Assembly (NCBI GenBank): GCA_963799065.1
Contig: CAWCVJ010000003.1
Coordinates: 569,573 to 633,572, forward strand
DNA from: Terriglobia bacterium
GTDB lineage: Bacteria; Acidobacteriota; Terriglobia; Terriglobales; Acidobacteriaceae
Length of the DNA stretch: 64,000 nucleotides
Reading direction: 5' to 3'
Shown here piece by piece: positions 1 through 11,217 of the stretch. Each line of letters starts with the position of its first letter. Positions within the stretch are counted from its first letter, which is position 1. The notes under the pieces are model-generated. The model did not search any database and had not been told where the DNA came from. It worked only from the letters and a program-made list of their open reading frames with translations. Position numbers and translations under genes: made by a program.

Positions 1-493
1 GCAGCGCGATGCGAATGTGATGCTCTCCGGGTCCGACCAGCATGCCGCGTCCCATGCCCTGAAATTCGCCGACATGGCCGACAAAGAGTCCATCGACGAA
101 CACGGCTGCGCGCTCCGGCTTCACATTGACCTTCACCGTCGCGGTCTGATGCGGCATCGGCCCGGTCAAGCCCTTTACCATGGCTACAGTAATGGTTTGG
201 GTTTCACCCGGCTGCAACGTCACGTGCTGAGCAAAGTCCTGATATCCATCCTGCCGCACGATGATTTCATGGTCGCCCGGCAACAACATGATCTTCTTGG
301 AGCCCTTGAGTTCCTTCACAAAGCCGACATACTGCCCATCGACCCACACTCCGGAAGTCTTTTCAATTTTCGTTTTGGCCTGAAATTGCAGACCTCCCAA
401 CACCGCATTGTTGTCGGCAAAACCCGCCGAGGTTCCGAACAGCGCACACACGACGACAAACATTTCAAGCCGTAGTCTCAAGAGCGTTTTCAT
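1..493 (-). CDS. PEGA domain-containing secreted protein (C-terminus runs off the left edge)
   Basis: Not in the ORF track because it is open at the edge. My reverse-complement translation from ATG 493-491 gives MKTLLRLRLEMFVVVCALFGTSAGFA (signal peptide). Two PEGA-like segments follow (VWVDGQYVG..LLPGDHEIIVRQDGY; VKVNVKPERAAVFVDGLFVG). The listed + ORF 17..475 is its antisense shadow. Confidence 0.65.
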   Translation of the reverse strand, partial: MKTLLRLRLEMFVVVCALFGTSAGFADNNAVLGGLQFQAKTKIEKTSGVWVDGQYVGFVKELKGSKKIMLLPGDHEIIVRQDGYQDFAQHVTLQPGETQTITVAMVKGLTGPMPHQTATVKVNVKPERAAVFVDGLFVGHVGEFQGMGRGMLVGPGEHHIRIAL

Positions 494-905
494 GAATACC
501 TCCCATCAGATGCTTTCGAATAAAGGCAAATTAAGACTCCAATGCCATTTTTCGCTGTAACAGGCATGATGGTGGCGATAATCGACGTAAAGGTTGTCTG
601 AACGGTGTGGGCGCGAGGGCAAGATCGCCGACCGAACAAGCAGAGACGTGATGGTGGTGTGAGACGCGATCCGAAGTCGCGCTGCGAAAAGTTTTGCACT
701 TTAAACGACGCTGCGTTGCGGTTTCTCGACCTGGACGAAAATACTTTGTCAAATTTTCGTCATAACTATCGAAGCAACGTCTCGCTGGCCTTATAATCCG
801 AATCCTACGGAGCTTTGGGGATTGCCACAGCCATTCTCTCCCGATTCTGTGGTGGACAATTCAACGCCTCCGGCAAACCAACTTCCTTTCAAGGAGACCA
901 CAGAT

Positions 906-2378
906 ATGAAAGCTCAAGGCACAGGATTGCGTTTTCTGGCAATCGCACTCGTCGCTCTTGCCTGCTCTGGCGTTGTCGCCAGCGCACAAGAGCCAACCGC
1001 GGCTTGGACCAAACTGAAGAATCAACCGAGCGTTAACACCGACACGGCCCTGCTGTTGACGGACGGCACGGTGATGATGCACCAGTACAACAGCCCCAAC
1101 TGGTGGCGCCTCACCCCCACCGACGCTGGCAGCTACATCGATGGCACGTGGTCGCAGTTGGCCTCCATGCCTTCCAATTACGCGCCGCTGTACTTCGCTT
1201 CCGCGGTTCTGCCCGACGGTCGTGTGCTTGTGGAAGGCGGAGAGTACAACTTTCTGCAAGGCGTCGAAACCAATCTCGGCGCGATTTACGACCCGGTCGC
1301 CAATAAGTGGACCGCCGTCACTCCACCTTCCGGATGGAGCACGATTGGCGACTCTCCCTCCGTCGTCCTGCCTAACGGCACTTTGATGATGGGTCAAGGG
1401 GGGCAGCCGTCGACGCGCCAAGTCCTCTTCAATGCCAGCAACCTGACGTGGACCACGACCGGAACCAGCAAGGCTGACGGCTTTTCCGAAGAAGGTCTTG
1501 CCCTGATTCCGAATGGATCCGTCTTAACTGTCGATACCGAAGATGGCACCAACTCGGAACTCTTCAATCCTTCCACCGGAAAGTGGAGCAGCGCGGGCAG
1601 TACGATCGTGGCTCTGCCCAATAACGGCGGGCTCGGCATCGTCCCCGAAATGGGTCCGCTCATGCAGCGTCCCGACGGCACCGTAGTCGCCTTCGGTGCA
1701 ACCACCGCCACCTCGATCTACAGCACCTCCACCGGCAAGTGGACGGTTGGACCCGATTTCCCCAATGGAAACGACATGGCCGACGGGCCCGCCGCTTTGC
1801 TGCCCGATGGCAACGTGCTCGTCTATACCAGCCCCGGCGTGTTCAGCGGAACCGGAACTTTCTACGAGTTCACCACGGCCAACAAATTCGTAGAGGCGCC
1901 CAACACCCAGAGCGGCGCACGGCTCGAATCATGGGAAGGCCGCCTTCTGCCACTGCCGACGGGACAAATTCTTTATCTCGCCGCCGACGGCGGTTCGATC
2001 GACGCAGAAATTTACACCTCTAAAGGCGCGATCAACAACGCCTGGAGGCCAACCATCACCAACGTGCCCAGCAGCGTCACGCGGGGAACCTCCTATACCA
2101 TCACCGGAACCCAGCTCAACGGCCTGTCAGCCGCCAGCGCTTACGGGGATGACGCACAGAACGCAACCAGCTTCCCTCTAGTGGTCATCCGAAACAAGGC
2201 GACGGGGCACTTCTTCTTCGCTCGCACCAGCAACTTCAGCACCTCCGGCATTGCCACCGGCAGCACGCCCGTGACGGCGAGCTTCGCGGTCTCTTCGGGC
2301 ACCGAAACCGGCGCGAGCACGGTCTACGTGGTCGCCAACGGAATTCCCTCAGCGGGAAAACCGATCACGGTTCAGTAA
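906..2378 (+). CDS. secreted Kelch/galactose-oxidase-like 7-bladed beta-propeller protein with C-terminal Ig-like domain
   Basis: Internal ATG at 906 follows AAGGAGA and gives signal peptide MKAQGTGLRFLAIALVALACSGVVASAQ. Seven repeats of the type LPDG.VL..GG are present (LLTDGTVMM, VLPDGRVLVEGG, VLPNGTLMMGQGG, LIPNGSVL, RPDGTVVAFG, LLPDGNVLV, LPTGQILYLAADGG). The C-terminus RPTITNVPSSVTRGTSYTITGTQLNG looks like an E-set/DUF1929-type domain. Confidence 0.6.
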   Translation: MKAQGTGLRFLAIALVALACSGVVASAQEPTAAWTKLKNQPSVNTDTALLLTDGTVMMHQYNSPNWWRLTPTDAGSYIDGTWSQLASMPSNYAPLYFASAVLPDGRVLVEGGEYNFLQGVETNLGAIYDPVANKWTAVTPPSGWSTIGDSPSVVLPNGTLMMGQGGQPSTRQVLFNASNLTWTTTGTSKADGFSEEGLALIPNGSVLTVDTEDGTNSELFNPSTGKWSSAGSTIVALPNNGGLGIVPEMGPLMQRPDGTVVAFGATTATSIYSTSTGKWTVGPDFPNGNDMADGPAALLPDGNVLVYTSPGVFSGTGTFYEFTTANKFVEAPNTQSGARLESWEGRLLPLPTGQILYLAADGGSIDAEIYTSKGAINNAWRPTITNVPSSVTRGTSYTITGTQLNGLSAASAYGDDAQNATSFPLVVIRNKATGHFFFARTSNFSTSGIATGSTPVTASFAVSSGTETGASTVYVVANGIPSAGKPITVQ

Positions 2379-2402
2379 GTTAATTTTTTGGCTCAGCCGG
2401 TT

Positions 2403-2449
2403 GCCCCATCCTGGTCGATTAAATTGCGACGGGATGGGGCTTTTTATTT
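2403..2449. terminator. hairpin plus T-run between convergent genes
   Basis: GCCCCATCC (2403-2411) pairs with GGGATGGGGC (2431-2440) and is followed by TTTTTATTT. It lies between the stops at 2378 (+) and 2482 (-). Confidence 0.5.
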
Positions 2450-2481
2450 AGCGGTAGCAAGCAGGAACGGCGGGAAGTTGG

Positions 2482-2898
2482 CTAGTCAAGGGCTTCCGGC
2501 TGTAAGCCGATGTTATTCTCGCCAGCCGCCTTCTTTTCCCGATACTTCTTCATCCAGGCTTCCCAGCTTTTGCCGGCGGCAGTGTCGCGTCCGGAGAACG
2601 CCAGCGCGGCAATCTCGGAGTAAGCGATCGAGAGTTTTTCGTTGGAGGTTTTCGGAATGACTCGTACGGCGGAGGTCGCGAGGGTCTCGCCATTGCGGCG
2701 GTCGAAGAGGTAGCCTTCGATGATCGTGCCGTCTTTGCGGGTGATGGTTACGTCGCCGCGGTAGTCGAAGGCTTTTTCCAGTGCTTCGCGAATTTCTTCG
2801 TCGGAAGCGAGGGATGGAATCCAGCCTTCGAGATTTTGCCTGGCGGTGCCGGGCGCGTGCTCGAGAGTGTCCGGGTTCACAATAATCTGTTCGCTCAC
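2482..2898 (-). CDS. conserved hypothetical protein, translationally coupled to hpnH
   Basis: 138-aa ORF. Its GTG start overlaps the hpnH stop as GTGA at 2895-2898. I recognise no family motif. Confidence 0.55.
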   Translation of the reverse strand: MSEQIIVNPDTLEHAPGTARQNLEGWIPSLASDEEIREALEKAFDYRGDVTITRKDGTIIEGYLFDRRNGETLATSAVRVIPKTSNEKLSIAYSEIAALAFSGRDTAAGKSWEAWMKKYREKKAAGENNIGLQPEALD

Positions 2899-4016
2899 GC
2901 GCGAGTCTCCTCGAGGGAACTCTGGTTGGATTGAATTTGCACCAGGGCGCGTGCCGGGTCGGTTGCCTCCTCGTCCAGCAAACGCATTGCGCTGGCATCG
3001 TCGTAGCGGCTGAAGAGCGTGGCTTTGGCGGTCGCGAGAAATCCGCTGATCGAACTAAATGTGGCGTTCACTGCCGATGCCTCGTATCCGCTGTGCACCA
3101 TGCAATTCGCACACTTGGGATTGCCCGACTCGGTGCCGTAGTTGCTCCACTCGGTCTCGGCGAGAAGCTCGGCGTAGGTATCGGCGTAGCCGTCTTGCAG
3201 AAGATAACAAGGCTTCTGCCAGCCGAAAATGTTGTACGTTGGCATTCCCCACGGAGTGCAGGCAAAAGTCCGCTTGCCCATCAAAAACTCGAGGAAGAGT
3301 GGAGAAAGATTAAAGCGCCAATTCTTTTCGCGATTCGAAAGAATCGCCCGGAACATCCGCCGCGTGCGCGCGCGTCCCAAAAAGTGCTGCTGGTCGGGAG
3401 CTTTGTCATAGGAGTATCCCGGCGACAGCATCATGCCTTCGACGCCCAACTCCATCATCTCATCGAAGAAGGCGCGCACCTTGCGCGCATCGGCGCCGTC
3501 AAACAGTGTCGTATTTGTGGTCACGCGGAAGCCGCGCTTGAGCGCCTCGCGCATTCCCTCGACGGCGATCTCGTAACCGCCCTCGCGGCACACTGCAAGA
3601 TCGTGCTCTTCGCGCTGGCCGTCCATGTGAACGCTGAAGGTCAGGTACTTGCTCGGCTTGAAGAGATCGATCTTTTCCTTCAGCAGCAGCGCATTGGTGC
3701 ACAGGTAAATATATTTCTTGCGCGCGACCAGCCCCTCGATAATCTCGCCGATCTGGGGATGCATCAGCGGCTCGCCGCCGGGAATGGAGACCATGGGAGC
3801 GCCGCACTCGTCGACCGCGCGGAAACACTCCTCCGGCGAAAGCTGCTTCTTCAGAATGTGCGCCGGATACTGAATCTTGCCGCAGCCCGCGCACGCCAAA
3901 TTGCAGCGAAACAACGGCTCCAGCATCAGCACCAGCGGATACTGCTTGCGTCCGGCAAGCTTCTGCCGTAACACATAAGTCGAAACTGTCCACATCTGCG
4001 AAACCGGTACCGGCAT
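2895..4016 (-). CDS. hpnH: adenosyl-hopene transferase HpnH (radical SAM, hopanoid side-chain biosynthesis)
   Basis: [22 protein letters not shown] (CxxxCxxC radical SAM motif), [38 protein letters not shown] and [12 protein letters not shown] together match the HpnH family along the full length. Confidence 0.85.
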   Translation of the reverse strand: MPVPVSQMWTVSTYVLRQKLAGRKQYPLVLMLEPLFRCNLACAGCGKIQYPAHILKKQLSPEECFRAVDECGAPMVSIPGGEPLMHPQIGEIIEGLVARKKYIYLCTNALLLKEKIDLFKPSKYLTFSVHMDGQREEHDLAVCREGGYEIAVEGMREALKRGFRVTTNTTLFDGADARKVRAFFDEMMELGVEGMMLSPGYSYDKAPDQQHFLGRARTRRMFRAILSNREKNWRFNLSPLFLEFLMGKRTFACTPWGMPTYNIFGWQKPCYLLQDGYADTYAELLAETEWSNYGTESGNPKCANCMVHSGYEASAVNATFSSISGFLATAKATLFSRYDDASAMRLLDEEATDPARALVQIQSNQSSLEETRA

Positions 4017-4141
4017 CCTGCGCTGTTCTCCTGGAAACTATATGGTATCAGGGCGTGCTGTGTTGGATGGTCTGCAATGCAGCCAAGGTGCCAGAAAATA
4101 CATTGGATAGCGTTCTCGCATCATACCGCTTCGCGGAATGC

Positions 4142-4320
4142 CGGAGCGAGACGTATAAACCTGATCGGGTGGTATACGCGAGATCCCTCGCCCCGCTGGA
4201 GAGAACGCGGGGACTTCGGGATGACTGAGCTGTTATTGTCGCGTCTTCCCTTAATTAAAGAAACACCAAGTCATCCCGAAGACCCGGCGTACTTCAGCCG
4301 GGCGAGGGATCTGGCGTGCA
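4142..4320. repeat. composite palindromic repeat, copy A (two inverted ~48-nt units around a 42-nt AT-rich spacer), preceded by a decayed GIY-YIG 3' fragment
   Basis: The core 4177-4320 matches 4717-4860 with only 3 visible mismatches. Outer arms are GCGAGATCCCTCGCCC / GGGCGAGGGATCTGGC. Inner arms are GACTTCGGGATGACT / AGTCATCCCGAAG. The spacer contains TTAATTAA. Confidence 0.85.
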
Positions 4321-4389
4321 GCAGAAACAATCCCACCCGAAGTTCGTGCATCACAGACTCGGCTCCACAAAGCGGGCATGATTTAAGCC

Positions 4390-4764
4390 GTGTCCAAAAC
4401 AAGACTCTTTTACGTCTACATCATGACGAACGGACCCCGCTCGCACGTCCTATACACCGGAGTGACCAACAACCTCTCGCGCCGCGTCTTCGAACACAAG
4501 AACAAAGCCATGCCCGGTTTCACCAGCCGTTACAACCTAACTCGCCTCGCCTATTACGAGTGCTTCACTTCTCCCGGACTCGCCATCGACCGCGAAAAAG
4601 AAATCAAAGGCTGGCGTCGCAGCAAGAAGATCGCGCTAATTGAGTCGACGAATCCGCACTGGTACGACCTGGCGGAGCGCTGGAGCGAGATGTACAAACC
4701 TGAGTCGGGTACTGCGCGCGAGATCCCTCGCCCCGCTGGAGAGAACGCGGGGACTTCGGGATGA
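4390..4764 (+). CDS. GIY-YIG nuclease family protein (COG2827/URI-domain type)
   Basis: GTG start. FYVYIMTN...LYTGVTNNLSRRVFEHK...YYE...AIDREKEIKGWRRSKKIALIE..NPHWYDL is the classic small GIY-YIG layout. The last ~25 codons and the stop lie inside repeat copy B. Confidence 0.85.
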   Translation: MSKTRLFYVYIMTNGPRSHVLYTGVTNNLSRRVFEHKNKAMPGFTSRYNLTRLAYYECFTSPGLAIDREKEIKGWRRSKKIALIESTNPHWYDLAERWSEMYKPESGTAREIPRPAGENAGTSG

Positions 4765-4860
4765 CTGCGCTGTTATTGTCGCGTCTTCCCTTAATTAAAG
4801 AAACACCAAGTCATCCCGAAGAGCCGGCGTACTTCAGCCGGGCGAGGGATCTGGCGTGTA
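4682..4860. repeat. composite palindromic repeat, copy B
   Basis: Direct repeat of 4142-4320, offset exactly 540 bp, with the same hairpin architecture. It overlaps the 3' end of the GIY-YIG CDS. Confidence 0.85.
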
Positions 4861-4889
4861 CGACGAGCCATCATGCTTCTCCTCGCAAC

Positions 4890-5603
4890 TTAGCCGCCCG
4901 ACAAGGTAAAGTTCACGGTAATCTGCGTTTCCACGTCAACCGGCTCGCCATTTAAAACGTAGGGCTTATACTTCCACTGCTTCACCGCTTCAATGGCCGC
5001 CGGAGCGAGCATCGGATGTCCACTAATCAGGTGCAGGTTTTCGATGTCGCCAGTCTTGCTGATTTCAGCTTGCAGCAGAACGGAGCCCTGAACGCGCGCC
5101 GCACGAGCCAGCGCCGGATAAGTCGGATTGACCTTGCGCAGTAATAAGCCTTGCGTGACGCCTTGCGAAACGCGCACGCGAGTCGGCTTCGCAACCTTCG
5201 GCACCGCAGGCAAAGTTGAACTGATAATGCTCCGCATCACGCCGTTGGGTGTCCCGCCAGGAATGCCGCCCGGTACGTCACCCACTACACCGGAGATCGC
5301 CGGGGCCTCCTCCGCAATCATTTCGATCTTCGTCGGAATCTTGGTGGGAGTACGCAGTCGCCCCTCGTCCAGATTAGTCTGCACCACATGCACCACCTTC
5401 ACCGCGGCAGCCGGAGGCGCCGGTGGTGGCGGCGCGACCAGAAAAGTCATGAGCTGCGCCTTCGGCAGAGCTTCGGTATACAGAAGTGGCACAAGCACCA
5501 GGAACGCAATCAAGCAAAGCTGGAAGATGAAAGAGATTGTCGTGGTGATGGCCCGCTTGTCCTTAAGCTTGCCACCAGACTCAATAAGACTATCTTCAAA
5601 CAT
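4890..5603 (-). CDS. energy transducer TonB family protein
   Basis: Internal ATG at 5603 is preceded by AGGAGA. The protein has an N-terminal TM helix (ISFIFQLCLIAFLVLVPLL), a Pro/Ala-rich linker (APPPPAPPAAA) and a C-terminal TonB domain (YPALARAARVQGSVLLQAEISKTGDIENLHLISGHPML..AAIEAVKQWKYKP). Confidence 0.8.
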   Translation of the reverse strand: MFEDSLIESGGKLKDKRAITTTISFIFQLCLIAFLVLVPLLYTEALPKAQLMTFLVAPPPPAPPAAAVKVVHVVQTNLDEGRLRTPTKIPTKIEMIAEEAPAISGVVGDVPGGIPGGTPNGVMRSIISSTLPAVPKVAKPTRVRVSQGVTQGLLLRKVNPTYPALARAARVQGSVLLQAEISKTGDIENLHLISGHPMLAPAAIEAVKQWKYKPYVLNGEPVDVETQITVNFTLSGG

Positions 5604-5805
5604 ACGGTGTGTCTCCTGCGTTCGATGTACGCAGGTAATGACACCGTAACTCCTAAGTTCGCTCCCTCGATCGGAACCGGTCACCTCACGGTTTGACATC
5701 CCCGCACCCCCTCCGATACTCTCTCCCTGTTCCCGTGGGGCACGTCGGCATCTCCGCCGAAAGGGCTAGGCCCGCCCGCTGAAAAATCTCAGCAGGAGTG
5801 CGCTT

Positions 5806-6432
5806 ATGCCTACCCTCGACACCTACCGCAAGCAAGCCAAGCTGATGCAGCGCTGGCATCGCGAACGCGATTATTCCATCGGCGAGCGAGTCCGCAAGCT
5901 CGAACGCTTCCGCACCTTGACCGACGAGCAGGTGTTAGCGCGTCCGTTCACGCTTGCCCTGGCGCAGGAGATCGTCGCCGTCGAAGCCGGACATCGCACC
6001 TGGGCCGAGCTGAAAGCCGCAACGGTCGGAGCGGCCAAGACTCCCCGCGCTGCGTCGGGCCAGCCGCGAGTCAAGAACGTGATCCCGATCCTGCTGGTGC
6101 GCAACGTCAAAGCCACCGCCGCCTTCTTCCAGCAAAAACTGGGCTTCGAGATCGACTTCCTGCACGGCCTCCCGCCGTTCTACGGCTCAGTATCGCGAGA
6201 CGGCGTCTGCCTGCACCTGCGCCACGTAGGCAAGCCCTTTTTCGCCCAAGCCGCCACGCAGGAGAAATCGTTGATCTGCGCGTCCTTCGAAGTCACCAAC
6301 GTGCAAGGCCTATTCGAGGAGTTCAAATCGCGAGGCGCAGACTTCGCTCAAACCCTAACCAAACAATCCTGGGGCGGAACCGATTTCCACGTGCGCGATC
6401 CCGATGGCAACGTTGTGTCCTTCGTTACCTAA
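5806..6432 (+). CDS. VOC (glyoxalase/bleomycin-resistance) family protein with ~90-aa N-terminal extension
   Basis: The C-terminal half (VIPILLVRNVKATAAFFQQKLGFEIDF...TDFHVRDPDGNVVSFV) is typical of the glyoxalase fold. Confidence 0.65.
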   Translation: MPTLDTYRKQAKLMQRWHRERDYSIGERVRKLERFRTLTDEQVLARPFTLALAQEIVAVEAGHRTWAELKAATVGAAKTPRAASGQPRVKNVIPILLVRNVKATAAFFQQKLGFEIDFLHGLPPFYGSVSRDGVCLHLRHVGKPFFAQAATQEKSLICASFEVTNVQGLFEEFKSRGADFAQTLTKQSWGGTDFHVRDPDGNVVSFVT

Positions 6433-6468
6433 CGGGTGAAGTTGATAATCACGAATTGACCGCCTAAG

Positions 6469-6954
6469 CTAGAGATAGCTAAGACGTACCCTCATCGCTG
6501 GTTCCGACACTTCAAGTTCAGCAGCGAGTACAGATACCGCCGTGCAGCCTCGCTCTTGAAGTTTGCGGATGAGCCGAACAGGCATGAGGATATCAGCCGC
6601 CAGTTGATTGGCTTGCACTTCTTCCTTGGTAGAGAGGCCACTGCGATACATCGCGTCGTCTGATAGTTCATCGCCTATCTTGTCCCGATGGAGAATGAAG
6701 TGCGCGATTTCATGAGCGATCGTAAATCTCTTTCGGCGATAAGACTCCGAAGCCTTCACCCCGATGCTATAGCCGCTCTCTCCGCCATTTAAGGGATCCT
6801 TGAAAATCTTGCCCGAAATGTTCTCCGGCAGTTCATGCATCTCCCAAACGTTGAGGCCCAAATCATTGGCGATTGCCACAACATTAACCGGCGGTTCCGC
6901 CTGGTGTCGTAGGATTATCTGTCCCGGGGTTTGTTGTTTGGTTTGTGCTTCCAC
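6469..6954 (-). CDS. ImmA/IrrE family metallo-endopeptidase
   Basis: Contains the HEIAHFILH zinc motif (HExxH) in an ImmA/IrrE-like context (RKRFTIAHEIAHFILH...EEVQANQLAADILMP). The GTG start at 6954 is preceded by GAGGAGGG. It overlaps the upstream ORF by 71 nt. Confidence 0.75.
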   Translation of the reverse strand: MEAQTKQQTPGQIILRHQAEPPVNVVAIANDLGLNVWEMHELPENISGKIFKDPLNGGESGYSIGVKASESYRRKRFTIAHEIAHFILHRDKIGDELSDDAMYRSGLSTKEEVQANQLAADILMPVRLIRKLQERGCTAVSVLAAELEVSEPAMRVRLSYL

Positions 6955-7387
6955 TTGGGCCCTCCTCTCCCGGATAGTTAGGAATTACTACCGTTTCCTG
7001 ATCTTTAGATGCTGCCGGACTGGCTTCGGACTGAGCTGCTGGCATCTCTAATCCTAAAGCCATATCTTCCAACCATTTGTCTTTATTTGCAAGAATGGTT
7101 GCTTCGGCTTGCTCCTTCGCGGCTTTTGTAGCAGCAATCGTGGCCCGGGAAAGAAGATGCTCAAGGGATACTTCCCTTGCGGAAACTGCCGCCTGCGTTT
7201 TAACAGCATCCATCATGCCGCCATAGCCCCACCAGGCCGCAACTGCCACTACTACGGCCATAATCGTCAACATGATCGCAAGTAAAGCGACCATGAGGCC
7301 GATACCCGCGAGCATGATGACAATCCAAGCGTCAAAACTCATGATGTTATAGAGCGCGAATAATATCTGGATGAAAAATTTCAGCAC
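6884..7387 (-). CDS. hypothetical membrane protein (N-terminal TM helices, helical middle, low-complexity P/T/G tail)
   Basis: ORF with hydrophobic segments IVIMLAGIGLMVALLAIMLTIMAVVVAVAAWW, followed by an Ala/Lys/Glu-rich helical segment. The start is uncertain (GTG 7387 or ATG 7342). The region is visibly AT-richer than its neighbours. Confidence 0.45.
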   Translation of the reverse strand: MLKFFIQILFALYNIMSFDAWIVIMLAGIGLMVALLAIMLTIMAVVVAVAAWWGYGGMMDAVKTQAAVSAREVSLEHLLSRATIAATKAAKEQAEATILANKDKWLEDMALGLEMPAAQSEASPAASKDQETVVIPNYPGEEGPSGSTNQTTNPGTDNPTTPGGTAG

Positions 7388-7476
7388 CGGAATTGCGCCG
7401 CCCGGTTATACCCCCAATCAACACACCAAAGGGCACTCCTGAATACTCTATGTCTCCAAAACCACCACCCCAAACA

Positions 7477-7485
7477 TGCTATAAT
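7477..7485 (+). promoter_or_regulatory. candidate extended -10 element (TGCTATAAT) for gyrB
   Basis: A perfect TGnTATAAT lies about 118 nt upstream of the gyrB ATG. A near-identical TGCTATACT sits upstream of gyrA. Confidence 0.4.
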
Positions 7486-7602
7486 CAAGCGTACCTCAAA
7501 TCAGCGTAAGTGCCCATTATTTCAGCCATTTGAGCAGTTTCCAGATGCCTGAGAATAGCGCGCTGGCCGGATGTCGATTTCCGGCACTTTCCACGGAGCT
7601 GA

Positions 7603-10188
<2,586 letters not shown>

Positions 10189-10204
10189 TCCTGCGAGGTT
10201 GCGC

Positions 10205-10795
10205 ATGAGACTCGGTTTAATCTTGATAGCCATTTTGGTGAGTTCCGTCGCTCATGCTCAAGGCTGCAAGAAGGCAAGCTTCGAGGGCAGGGTCGAGGGA
10301 GGCGAGTCATACCGATTCAATATCACGCCCGACCTGAAAGTGAGTCTTGAACCGCTTAAGTCCAACTGGGGCTGGCAGGTGACCGTTTCACCAAAGGATT
10401 CGACCGACGACTGGACGTTCCCCGTAAACATGCCTTTGCGAACAGGCGAATCCCAGCTGCTTGGCACAGGCTATGGGACAACCGCGAGAGAAAGATTGAA
10501 ATTCGGCGCAGAGGTGAAGTTCGTTCTCACCACGGCAGACTATGCCCGCTACTCGAAATTGGCCGCGGAGACTCTTGAGTCGTCGCGGCCCGAGGCAGCA
10601 GGGGAATACATTCGCTTGCTCCCTAAAATCCCGGCAGGCGTGATTGCAATAAATGTTCAGGAGTACGATCAGACGGGGTCCCCGGAGACCGTCGCTTGGA
10701 TGCGATTCAAGGGTTCGATTGTCGTTCCAGAGTCATTCGATCTAGGCGGAGACACTCGGTGGGTTTCCGTTCCGCGCGGCAAGGGTTCGGATTAG
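10205..10795 (+). CDS. hypothetical secreted protein or lipoprotein
   Basis: Signal peptide MRLGLILIAILVSSVAHAQGC. I recognise no family. The DNA is visibly lower in GC than gyrB. Confidence 0.5.
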   Translation: MRLGLILIAILVSSVAHAQGCKKASFEGRVEGGESYRFNITPDLKVSLEPLKSNWGWQVTVSPKDSTDDWTFPVNMPLRTGESQLLGTGYGTTARERLKFGAEVKFVLTTADYARYSKLAAETLESSRPEAAGEYIRLLPKIPAGVIAINVQEYDQTGSPETVAWMRFKGSIVVPESFDLGGDTRWVSVPRGKGSD

Positions 10796-11217
10796 AGCAC
10801 AACCAGTTCTGCAACCTTCCCACGCAGTGCGCGGTCAAAACTAACAAACTTCAAGCCTGCCGCAACCGCGAAAGCCAGAAGATAAGCGTCCGCCCACATC
10901 TTTGGTGACTGGCTGGATAAGCGCGAGTGTGAGCGAAATTCTTCCTCAATGTCATGCGGCTCTGCAAGAAGGGAAATTCGCGTATCGGCCAAAACGCGAT
11001 CCCAAACCTTCCATGCTCCCGACATGGTCTTAGTGTCGCCACCCATCACGCTCTCAGTGGTGAGGAGCCGGAGCACGGTGATTTGTGTGAAGCGGCAGAA
11101 AAAGAACTGCTCCTCGCCAGCCGCCTCAAACCACTTCCTCGCTCTCTCCGAGTGAAGATGCCGGTCCCATAGGAGCGCAATCCACACGTTGGAATCAGGG
11201 AAATTCAACGTGTTCAT
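10792..11217 (-). CDS. vapC: type II toxin VapC (PIN domain ribonuclease)
   Basis: PIN acidic residues sit in context (FPDSNVWIALL; TTESV; ADAYLLAFA; VSFDRAL). The gene overlaps the upstream antitoxin ORF. Confidence 0.8.
   Translation of the reverse strand: MNTLNFPDSNVWIALLWDRHLHSERARKWFEAAGEEQFFFCRFTQITVLRLLTTESVMGGDTKTMSGAWKVWDRVLADTRISLLAEPHDIEEEFRSHSRLSSQSPKMWADAYLLAFAVAAGLKFVSFDRALRGKVAELVVL

Noticed and set aside
861-1421. Long antisense or alternative-frame ORFs overlapping well-supported genes. Examples are 861..1421(-), 2931..3971(+), 11603..12352(-), 19315..20004(-), 24844..25605(-), 30698..31357(-), 45837..46385(-), 57578..58390(-) and 58477..59265(-).
   Set aside because: These are typical shadow ORFs of GC-rich DNA. 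Their products are Arg/Pro/Gly-rich with no motifs, and each is fully covered by a gene with clear family signatures on the other strand or frame.
4077-4643. 188-aa + ORF spanning repeat copy A and the 5' half of the GIY-YIG gene in another frame.
   Set aside because: It is created by reading through the palindromic repeat. The GIY-YIG frame starting at 4390 has the complete family signature.
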